Source: Cycas panzhihuaensis
Lineage: Eukaryota; Plantae; Cycadophyta
Assembly: GCA_023213395.1 (NCBI GenBank)
Contig: CM041465.1
Location: forward strand, 204,731,741-204,795,740
Length of the DNA stretch: 64,000 nt
Direction of reading: 5' to 3'
Within the stretch, counting starts at the first letter, position 1. Every line of letters starts with the position of its first letter. Both the position numbers and the translations under genes were made by a program. Of this stretch, positions 52,443-64,000 are shown piece by piece. The notes under the pieces were generated by a model. That model made no database searches and was not told where the DNA came from. It was given only the letters and a program-made list of their open reading frames with translations.

Positions 52443-54420
52443 TCCACTTACTTCGGAAGGATTCCTTCCAATGGTTTCCCTCAGCTAATGAGGCCTTCCT
52501 CCATCTAAAGGAAGTCATGAAAACCACCCTAGTTTTGGCATCTCTTGACTTTTCTCGACCTTTCCAATTAGAATTTGATGCCTCCGAGTTTAGGTTGGGT
52601 GCAGTCTTAATGCAGGACTTCTACCCCATCACCTTCAAATATCAAAAACTCAAAGATCATGAGTGTAGATTGTCTACCTATAAAAAGAAATGCAAACCAT
52701 CCTCCATGTTGTTAATAAATGGTGATAGTATCTACTTGGTTCTAAATTTACTATCCTCATTTATCATCATAGCCTTTATCACTTACTAGATTAATTAGTC
52801 CTCTCAGAAGAGCAAGCTAAATGGGTTGACTGCCTCCAAGTTTTTTATTTTACAATCACATATAAAAAGGGGAAAGATAACATTGTGGCAAATTCTCTCT
52901 CGAGTCTACCTTCACCTACATTTGATGATAACACCAGTCACACTGAGGACCCCACCATTTATACCATTTCTTCCCCACAACCAACATGGATACAAGATTT
53001 AGCCATGGGTCACTAAACCCAACCTGATTTCGCACATTGGGCTGATAAGGTCTACACTCATAAGGATTGGTCCATCTATAATAATCTTCTCTTATACTAA
53101 AATCACATATTTATACACCCCCACTCAACTTTTATCTTACAAATTTTATCAGAATATCATTATTCCCCTCTTGGTGGTCATTCCAGTTTTGATAAAACTT
53201 ATCGTAGGATACGTTCTGATTTCTTTTCGCCAAAAATGAAATCTACCATCTTTACCTTTGTCTCAGAATATGACACATGCCGACGTAACAAAGTTGATTC
53301 AAAACCCCAACTAGGCCTCCTTCAACTGTTGCACATCCCACAAGATAAATGGCAAGATATTGTCATGGACTTTATAATGGGCTTACCACTATCTACTGGG
53401 TTTGACTCTATTTTAGTAGTCATAGATAGGTTGAAAAAATATGCCCATTTCTTACCTATCCACATAACCTATAAAGCTCCATGTATGATTGATATTTACA
53501 TCCAGACAATATTTCGTTTACATAGTTTTCCATCCACTATTGTATATGATCGCGACCCTAAATTCACTAGCTCCTTCTAATAGGAGCTATTCTACGTATC
53601 AGGAATATCATTCAATATGAATTTGGTATACCATCCACGGATAGATGGTTAATCTGAGGTCCTTAACTAAACTTTGGAGACCTACTTACATTGCTTTGCA
53701 TCTGACCACCAGTCTAAATGGACATCATGGCTAGTCCTAACCGAGTATTGGTACAACTCTTCACACCATTCAGCCATTGGAATGTCCCTATTTTTGGCTC
53801 TTTATGGGTATCCCCCACCATCCTACCACACCTTGGCTACCAATCTCTGCACGGCAGCAATACAACAAAAACTGCAGCATATTAACCAAAGTCACCATAC
53901 CTTTAAACAAAACCTCTCTATGGCCCATAATTGAATGAAACAATTAACACATCGCCATCGCTCGGATCACTCCTTCAATATTGGTGATCTTGTATTCTTT
54001 CATCTCCAACCTTATAAGTAATAATCCCTTTTCCATTATAAGAACCACAAACTTAGCCCTTGATATTATGGCTCCCATAAAGTCCTTAAACGTATTGGTG
54101 TAGTTGCATATGCTCTCGACCTTCCTCCCACCACTAACATCCATAATGTTTTTCACATATCCTATCTTTGGAAGTGTCTGAGTAAAATCCATACCCACCA
54201 GATAACCCTTCCAATTCTGAATGAAGAGCAAACCTTGTCCGTATCTCTAGAATATATACTAGCTACCAAATAATTCTGACTCTAGAATCAGTCCATTTTA
54301 GAATATTTAATACAATGGGCAGGCTGCAAATCGAACGAAGCAACTTAGGAATCTGATGATTTTATTAAAAAGCATCTGTATCTCACATGCCTTAAGAACT
54401 CAACATCTCAGGGGAAGGGA
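49872..54420 (+). pseudogene. gag-pol: Element I gag-pol copy 2 (gag-PR-RT-RH-INT-chromodomain)
   Basis: FQLEFDASEFRLGAVLMQ, WQDIVMDFIMGLP, DRDPKFTS, HNVFHIS and chromodomain EYLIQWAG...EAT*E. Confidence 0.92.
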
Positions 54421-57400
54421 CCTATTACATAACTCATCTCACTAGGTTATGTAAAATATTATTATATGGAGAGTTACCAGGAGGTTAAGAGATAAGGTTA
54501 ATTATGGAACTTCATGCATAAGCTGATAAGTTGGCTAATGATATGTAAGGTTATTATGCCGTCCAATAGAATGTAAGGCCGCTTAGGCCACCAATAGTAT
54601 TGCATGTAAAAAACCCTCTTTTGTCTATATAACGGTCATAAATTATAAATGATGGTTATCTTGATGTAATTTTTTATAAAGATTATGTTACAGTACTCTC
54701 TATTTTAGTGATCGTTTAGCACTCTTGTCTTATGAGATTCTCTATTAATTTATTTGCCCTATTAGATAGAATGAAGCAGTTATAATTATCATTTTTCTAC
54801 TATCTCAAGGAGTGCTTATGAGAAGAAGCATCCCACTAGACACCTTACTAAATCTCATAATTAGTAGTAGTCTAAATATATTTAGGTATGATAATAAATA
54901 ATATTTTATTAGTGAAGATATTTCAGTTTAGAGTAAAGACATTTGTGAGTATCCCACTCTTGATGATGGATTTGTTGTCACTAATGAAACATTTAAGATG
55001 CTTTTATAAGTGCCACATAATAGATATTTGTTACTAGAATGAAGTTAGCATCCCATGAATGAAATAAGAAATAGGCAATGAGCTTGTATAATACAAAAAA
55101 GTAGCAAGTTCAAGGTATGTTTGTGAGGCAAATAATGAAATTAAAGGGTTGGAAAAGGTATACATTATTTATGATAAAATTTGATAATAAATGAATGAAT
55201 AATGACACATATTTTGATGATGATAATACTACCTAATATCTTGATAAAGGGTCTAGTTTGATTGTTTGATATTGGACAGATAAGTTATTAATTAAGAATT
55301 CCACCCATTTTATAAGACAGAGAAAAGTCTCACATCTTATTTAGTTAGCAGACCAAATTAGTTGTCATGTTTATCTAGCTAATAATTATTTATTAAGGTT
55401 ATCCAACTAATAGAAGAAAAGTATTTGTCAGTGAGAAATCTAGCTCATCATGTATGACAAGAGACATGGAAACATATATTTATGTTACCTTATTACAACT
55501 AACTCATCTTAGCCAAGTAGTTTAGGTTATTCCCAAGTTTAGTATGTTTTGGACATTTGATTTGACGACGTTGTTGAATGGTTGCTAAAAAAAAGTTATA
55601 GAAGTGTGTAAGTGAGGAAGCACATAGAGAAATCTTGTACATAAGAGGTAATTAGGGTTTCATAAGCTGCTCTCATATAACACACTAAATTATGTTGTTC
55701 TAATTCATACACAAGAGACAAGATTATGCTACTCTTGTAACAAGCATTTTAAAAGTTGATAAACCATGTATCTAAAATTATTACCTAGAGAACTAGTAAT
55801 TATAAAGGCTAATTACCTATGTATTTTAGTAGATAGTCACTATTTTATATGGATCCAATAATTAATTTATTTGTTAAGATTATTGATAATTGGTTAATAG
55901 ATGTTAATGATTGGTAATAGCTTTATAGGTGAAGATATGAAGATATTAAGGAAAACACTTCATGTATTAGTTGATGTTGATGTTAGATGATGAATTATGC
56001 TTATTTATAGGTTGGTTGTTCATAATTAGTTAATACTAATCATACATTGCTATATATAGGTTAATACATGTCAATAATTATAAACATTTTATAGGTTAAT
56101 ACTTACATGAGATAAGCTTGATAGATGACAAATTACATATTACAAGTGATGATACTTGATACAGATTTGATACAGGTTATAAGATCTAGCAAACATTACA
56201 GATATAAAGAACCTGGAGACTATGTTTTGAGATGAAGACTTGATTTAAAGATATTAAATATTAAAGAGGAATGGTAGAATATATGATATATTCACATATA
56301 TAATATTTAATTTTAATGTTGTGGACCCATACATAAAACCCATTTACTAAATACATTGAGATATATGAGATGTATATTTATCCATATAAATATATTATTG
56401 GATGATGTAATAGCTCAAGAGAAATTATAGACTACTCATGAGATGAATATTGATATAAATATATACACACATCACTTAAGAACTTGAAAAAAGTCTATGA
56501 CCTGGAGATGTATTTATTTTGATATTTAAGAGGAGCTCTTGACTCTACCTTCTCTCATAGTTTTTCTACACTAAGTTTTTGATGTATAAATATATTGCCT
56601 CTCATGTGGTGAATGCTTATTAATATATATTTCTATTCATTACTTTATATTTATATATATTCCTTTATATGTATACATTCCTCATAAGATAATTCTATGA
56701 TTATACAGGCTTATAATATTTCTATTACATTATATTCATTATATCACAACATAATATCAAACTCAAATTCTAAATTCTAATGTGATATTAGATTGAATTT
56801 ACATTTCTAATACTAAAATATACTACTACTACTTCAAATGTCTATAAATTTGGCTACAAGTGTTTGATTGATTTAATTTATTTTTTGAATTTATGATTTT
56901 TAACATCTACTTACCATTAGAAGTGGTTTTAGTTCCATCATATATTAGAGTAAAAAGTTAGTAGAGCTTCTCTACAGATGTTATAAACTATAAACAATCA
57001 AATATAAAAGAATGGACTAAATTTTTAGGACCTTCAAAATCTTAGGGTAAATTTCAAAGAGTATAAATGAGAAAATAATAGAAAAATAAATAAAATACAT
57101 ATGAGGCTTAACTAGTTATACACCAAAGTAAACAACATAACAAAAATATTAATAGTAAGGGATTCTAAGAAGAAAGAGAACACCAATAATGACAATGATA
57201 AGGAAGAAGATTAGAAAGAATATAAACAATATAAGGAAGAGGATTGGAAGAAGCATAAGAAATATGAGGACCACCAATAGTCAATCTTTGCCATAATCTA
57301 AAGGCACCAATCTATCCCGAAGATGATAATATTAAAGAAGATGAATGATTATCAAAAATAAAAAATAATATTGATGCACTCTCTATTAGTGAGGCAAAAG

Positions 57401-59399
57401 AACAAATCAACTTTACCATAGACCATCAAATAGGATATATGTTTCATTTGGTAATACTTTAGAAAAGGAAAGGAAAAACTCATAATTTTAAATATTTTAT
57501 GGAAGCCTTTAAAGAACAAATAGAAGAACTCAAGAAACCTAATATGAGGGCTAACACCTCCTTCATCAAGGGTTCCTCACCATATATAAGTAATTCATAA
57601 TCCACAATATGAACAGAGGTCCTTTATTCTAAAATAAAAACATCACATGAAATGAGCAATATAATGTAATAAGAGAAGGTTAAATATTAAATCACTTAAA
57701 GAGGATTCAATGTTACAATAGTGCCTAAAAGCATAAGCCTAGGATCCAAGAAAGTTAAGCCTAGCAAGTAAGGTATCTTGAGCTATGAAGATAATAGTTC
57801 TAACATATGCAAAGGCCCAAGCATTATACGAAGGAAGCAAGAAGGCAAAATGGATAGGGAAAGGCACTTAACATTTATCACATATGTAAAAACTAATGGA
57901 GCAAAAGGAACCAATACATGAAGATTAATGAGAAGATCAATATTGAAGATAACAAAGGAGAAGAATGCAAAAAAGACTCAGACATGGGGCACTCTCATGA
58001 CATTAAGTCAACCTATATGGCATAAGAAAATGCAAAGAATAGCTAGCCTAGGGTTCTCTTACAATCATGTAAGAGGCACCACATGCGAACACCATCAAGC
58101 TCTTTGGTTACCTTAAAAAATAAAAAGTTATGATTCTCATCAATCTAGGTAGTGCCTATAATTTAATTGACACTCGAATAGCTAGGAAAATAAGATTGAA
58201 TATAAAGAGAAAATAGTCTTATATCTCATGCCTAAGAGAATATAGCTTAGGAAAAATTAAGCACTAATAACTTCATATAGGTAATTATGAATTTTTAACC
58301 AATTACTATCCCACTCTTATAGAAGGATTTGACATAATCTTATATATCATATGGCTATGAACACTTAGGGCTTGTGCCCTAAATCATGACAAGAGCTTCA
58401 TTAGGCTTAGAATAGATGGGCAAAAATATCAAGTAATAATAAGTCATACTCGAACACCAAAAGTTAAAACTATAATAGGCAACATGAGGAATAATTGGGT
58501 TATTGGATAAAATATAAACCTATTATGATCAGCATCCTAAGATCAAAGGACATACTTGTAGAATGAAATACAAAGAATGACTCACTAAGACTAGGTTGTC
58601 TTCTTCATTGCATTATTCTTTTAGTCTAAGGAGCTAAAGGAGGGATATTTTGTATAATAAAGGATGATCATTTAGCTTACTGACCTACTTAAAAGGAGTA
58701 GGATGAACCATTATCGATGCTTTATAGGCAAAGCATATTTCGAAGGAGTGAGAATTATTATGAACCTATAACACTAATGAAAATTGGCCATAGTTATAGC
58801 TAGATCATGGATTAATAAAAGTTGGCCTCAATTATAATTATTAGAAGTTAGCTTTTTTATTATTAGGGACTAGGTATCTTATTATTATTATTATTACTAG
58901 AAGTTAGTTTCATTATTATAAGAAAGTTAATTTTTTAAAGGTGACTAATTTTGACACCTATAAATAAAGAATTATCATTCATTTATAAACATTCTTTTGT
59001 AAGTTAATTCATTTGGGGTCTTTTGACCATTTGGGTCCTAGGAGTTTCATCTTAGTTTTTGTTTCAATTTTATTTTGTATATATGGAAGCAAACCAAATT
59101 TAGGATCACTTTAGATGTTAGTCCTAATGATTTGAAGTAATTAATCAAAAATATTTGCATTGCTAACTAGCTAATTATTAATGCACTAGTGAGCCAATAT
59201 AAAAAAAAGAAGATTCACCACACCCAATAGAAAATCCATAACATCACAAATATTAGAACCTTGATGACCAACCAACCTCTATTATCATTCATCTAAACAA
59301 GTTAAAAACACTTAAAGGTTACTCACACACCACATAAGCCAAACCACATTATGATGTTATATGCATATAAGCTTAAGGATCAAACATGAAATGCCAATC

Positions 59400-62300
59400 T
59401 TCTAAATTCTGGGCCATTCCCTATATTATTATATTCAATTATCAACCAGTAAAACCTATTCCTAAAAAGCATAGGACCCAAAATTTCAACCTTACCTTGC
59501 TTAAGAGCAACCTCCCTATTAGCCAAAACATCCACTCTATTATTATATTAGGACAAGATGTGTTGAAAAGTAATACTTTGAAATATTTTACTCATACCCA
59601 TGGCTTTATGATAAAGATACTTTATGTATATGCCGATAGGAGCTTTGTTATTTATCATGGCCTCAATCACCATATTTGAGTCTCTAAGAACTTATAGTCA
59701 CTTGACTTTAGCTTCTCCTATTAAAGTTAATCCCCTAATTAATGCTAAGAGTTTAGTTGCATCATTTGAAGTAGTCTTGAGTCCCTCAACAAGCTCTACA
59801 AGGATCTTCTTATAGGGGTCTCTAATAAAACCCCCAGCTCTAACCAGTCATGGATTGTGTTCTGAATCCCTATCAAAGAAAGAGATAATAATATCTTTTT
59901 TCTAATGCTAACTTGTATTCGACCTTGTGGTCACCATGCCTAATGTTCTTTATACTAATATACAATTCATTTAACATATTAAATTCTCTAATAGAAAGGG
60001 GCTTACTTAATTGGATAACAAATTTATAGGCATTAACTAAAAGCCTCAATTGCCCTTTTATGTAATACCAACATGTTAATGAGAATGGGGGTTTCCCTTG
60101 AAATATGGCTTTATTCCATGATAACTATGTATACTAATAGATTATACAAGGTAAGAGAATCCAAATTTGTTAGATAACTAGTTTATCCTTAAGTTAATAA
60201 GAAAACTTTCCAACCCATATGGTGTCGAGATGCATTAGGTATTAATTGCCATAAGATGAATAGGTATGCATTTCAGTAGCCTCCACACTTTAAAGATGAA
60301 TGAGCATTATATAAATAAGTGTGTTATACTCTCTTTATTACCTTTACACAACATGCATATAGATAAGCCTACAATCCCTTTTCTACACAAGTTTTTCAAT
60401 GGTTAGAATAGCTCTATTTATAACTAGCCAAATAAACTAATCTACTTTTTGGATCAATGGTTTTTCCATAAGTGTCAACATCATGATGCTCCTTATAAAT
60501 TGTGGAGATCCTTCTCCTTTTATACCATCGTATATATAGTGTTGATGGTGGATGATCTTGGACCCAAGCAAGGTTCCTACATAATATTATCATCTCCCCC
60601 CTAGATCATAATCCTTCATTATGTAAGCATCAAATTAAGGTGCTCATATTCTAGTTAGAGGTTATCTAGAATTCTAGGCCACACTTCCATGCTTTTAATA
60701 ATCCATGGTATTTCCTTCACTCTTCTTTTTAAAAAAAACTACCAACCGTATGTACCAGTTCTGTCTTAAACCATAATTGAAGGTATGCAATTATGTTATC
60801 ACTAGAAATTGATGGAATCCCATGGATTGGATCCAACCATACATTAACCTTACTACCATCATTGATCTTCCATGAGATGCCTATATTGAACAAGATCATA
60901 CTATCATAAATTTTGCTCTGTAATGGAGATCCATCTTTACACAACTTCGTATTTAGGTTTATGATGGTCTCATGTATCCCACTTAGGTACTTAGGTACCA
61001 AAATTCTTGTAAATAAAGAATTTGGTTCTATTAACATTCTCCATCTAATCTTGGCCTTGTATAATAGAGGAACCCATGATATGGGCCTAATAACTAGTCA
61101 TCACAATCCTTCAAGGATGTACATTATGTCCCATTTAATGAAATAGAACTTCATGTACTTAAGGTCCTAGGCACCTTTCCATAAAAACACCATGATTTGT
61201 TATTTTACTTTATCTAATAATCTCATAGGAATTTGGCTTACAAGTAATAAATAAATTAAATTAAACCCTAATACTACTTTCATAAAATGGCTCCACCAGT
61301 GAGGGATAACCATCTAGAGGTTTAGGAATTAATCCTTAAGCCTATCTAATCCCTAATGTCTTTTCCATAGAGTCGCTTCTTATTTCTTATGACTAATGGG
61401 AACAAGTGAAAATTTACTTACTTTCATATAATTAGAACTCCAAAATTAGGTTTAACCTTTGAGATAGCATATTATAGTAGTTAACTATCATGACTTTGGT
61501 TTGTTTAGAATTGATCTTAATTTTAGATGTTAAACAAAAACAATCTAGGACATTTTTAAATTTCCTTACTTCAACCACTAATGCATAACCAAAAAGTAGT
61601 GTATTCATCAATGAATTAAGTATGGGAGATATTCTCCAATCTTGAAGTGAAGAAAACACCACACAAGTGCCCATTTCTTCACTTATGAGATAATGTTCTA
61701 GTAAGGACTCCTACCATGATCATAAATAGGGTAGACGACAAGGGGCATCCCTGCCTAATACCCTTCAAGGCTCTAAAGAATTTGGCAAGATATCCATTAA
61801 CTGATACTTAAAATAAAGAAGTATAGATATAAGCCCTAGTTGACCTGATCCAAATTTCATAAAATTCTATTTTGGCAAGGATCTTCAATAAAGGCCCAAT
61901 GAAGTTAATCAAAAGCAAAATCGAGCTTTACCAACATCATCTTTATCTTAGAGATGTGGGTTGAGTGAATAATATCCTTGGCTATAATCACTCAATTAAT
62001 GATCTATCTACCTTTTATAGTTATACCTTGCTCTGTAAAACTAATGGAAGGTAAAATTTCCTAAAGGCTATTAGCCATAATTTTAGCAATTATTTTATAT
62101 AGAAAGTTATGTAAGGAGATAGGTATGAACCTTTCCACATTGGATATATGCTTATCCTTTGAGATTAATGCTAAAAATATGGAGTTCAACACTTTTAACA
62201 TGTGCCCCATTCTCCTTGATTCTATTACCATCTAAGGAAGATAAATCTTAATGACCTCCCAAATTGCTTGGAAAAAGTTGACTTGAAATCTTTCCAACCC

Positions 62301-64000
62301 TAGAGATTTATCTAGTTTTATTATAAATATGATATAGTGCAACTAACCCAAGGTGATTAGTTTTATTAGGTTAGAATTTATTTATGGTTATACCATCCTT
62401 GGAATAACCTTTAATATCTCATATTGTATGAAGTCTCTTTCTATTTTGTCTTCTGCTAATAGTGTTATAAATTGTTCTCTTACAATTACTTGAACATTTG
62501 CCTATGTATAGGCTATGAAACCACCATTAATTTAGAGCTCTATTATCCTATTTTTTATCTATTAAGCTTTAATTACTTTATAAAAAACATTAAGGGTTGA
62601 AATCCCCTTACTTAACCCATAACATATGAGAATAAAATCTTGCAATTATATCATGAACTTTCTTAATGGATTCTAGTCTAGTAGTTAGTCCCTCCTCCCT
62701 TCCATCAGTTGGGTATTATTACCTACATTTATTTTCTTATTTTAAGCTTTTAATCTATCCATAATCTACTAATGCTCCAACCTAAATTGATCCATGATGT
62801 TACAATGCCAGACCTTCATATTACTCTTGATATACCACAACTCAAAATAAGAGATATATATCTTTTTCTAAAACATTAGGCTTATACCCACCATTACTTA
62901 ATCAAAGGTATAAAATCTGGACGGTTGATTAACCCTTGATTAGACTTAAATGGGGAGTTCCCAAAGTTATGTATACTTTACATCTTGAGGAGGATAAGGA
63001 TATGATTCAATCTGGCCCTAGTTTAGATGCCTATCTCTACATCATTAGAGTCCACTTAGGCTTTAAAGACCATAAACCTTTCTAGCCTTTCCATATTTAG
63101 TTATGAGCCATGTCTTCTATTAGTCCATGTAAAAACCCTACTAGCTAGCTCAACATCAACTAGCCCTATTTCTTCCATCATATTCATAATTGTCTTTGTA
63201 TGATTACTCAAGAAATAGTACCCTCCAAGCTTCTGACTCAAATGCTAGATCAAGTTAATGTCACCTATGACTATCTAATGTTGAATATTCTTTAACTTAC
63301 TATCTTATTACACATTAGCCCAACAACCTCTAGCTAAAGAAAAATGGTTCAAACCATAAACATTGGCATTGTTAATCATATTATCACTACTTAAACCTTG
63401 GACCTTGATCTTAATTTAGTCTCTACTCCTAATAAATTCCACCAATAAAAGAGTCTTGTAATCCCATAGGGAGATGATACCTCCAAATTGACCATAAGTA
63501 CTCATGCTTATAATTGAGTATCTATTGCCATTCCATAGTTAATTCCATATTTTTAAATTAACTTCCAATAACTAAGTTTCTTGAAGAAGGATGGCATTGA
63601 GGTTCCATTCCTTGATCTGCACCTTAAGGGTTCATTTTGATGAGGCTAAACTTAACCCCCTTACATTCCATAAGACAATAACCATTTCCATCCAAGCTGG
63701 AATAATGCCTTTCTTATTTTCAAGTCACCTTTAAATTAGTTGGGGACCTCACCCTTATGAGTGTCTAGTATAAGTCTATCAATGTTTAGGGTCAATTATG
63801 CTTATGTCCCAATTTTTACCCCTCTTATAACTTCTATTTAATAGATTTCATTCTTATATTTTCTACCCTTCCTTTTCTCCATATCCCCATAATAAGCTTT
63901 AGGCAGTAGCATCCCTCCCACCTTTAAAAGTAGTTTCATCAATGGTAAACTCTTAAGGTGCATTTATAGTATTATGTATATATAATCTACATCTATCAAG
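59400..64000 (-). mobile_element. Old L1-clade LINE J (ORF1 tail, ORF2 with RNase H remnant), running off the window edge
   Basis: ORF2 start MVIVLWNVRGL at 63685, IPISLHN at ~62120, GIRQGCPLSSTLF at ~61750, VNVWLDP, and RNase H remnant FFDRDSEHNP*LVRAGG at ~59830-59880. Confidence 0.85.

Larger units (their letters stand above)
45380..54835 (+). mobile_element. Ty3/gypsy chromovirus I (Reina-like), nested in H
   Basis: LTRs 45380-45793 and 54423-54835. TSD CTAGA at 45375-45379 and 54836-54840. PBS TGGTATCAGAGCC at 45796-45808 and PPT AGGGGAAGGGA at 54410-54420. Confidence 0.95.
44313..56812 (+). mobile_element. LTR element H (Copia-type ends, no recognisable coding region), nested in G
   Basis: LTRs 44313-44856 and 56272-56812. 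TSD CTAAA at 44308-44312 and 56813-56817. PBS TGGTATCATAGCC at 44857-44869 and PPT AAAGAGGAA before 56272. Confidence 0.88.
43770..59113 (+). mobile_element. Old gypsy element G, internally deleted; outer member of the nest
   Basis: LTRs 43770-44118 and 58756-59113. TSD GATGT at 43765-43769 and 59114-59118. Decayed PBS TGGAATCTGAGC at 44121-44132 and PPT GAAGGAGTGAGAA at ~58742. Protease-like remnant (LGSAYNLID) near 58145. Confidence 0.85.

Overview
This is plant nuclear DNA made almost entirely of nested, mostly decayed retrotransposons. The element families and heavy C>T/G>A decay suggest a large gymnosperm-type genome (inference). I found no intact host gene, RNA gene or CRISPR array. Left to right: (1) the 3' half of a CRM-like Ty3/gypsy element (1-3888), inserted into the RNase H region of a minus-strand L1 LINE (A). 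(2) LINE A is also split by a full-length, related LINE (B, 5906-12157, 15-bp TSD). (3) A minus-strand, RT-less Copia remnant (E, ~13506-24490) has a complete Copia (D, 13652-20831, TSD GTTTA) in its 3' LTR. Most of E's gag is replaced by foreign DNA that includes a MacroD-type macrodomain fragment. (4) A full-length plus-strand LINE (C, 24786-31035). (5) Old gypsy, LINE and Copia debris (31-43 kb). (6) A three-level LTR nest G>H>I (43770-59113) with all three TSDs readable. (7) An old minus-strand LINE (J, ~59.4-64 kb). The most unusual signal is the macrodomain fragment inside Copia E. All alignments and percentages are by-eye estimates.
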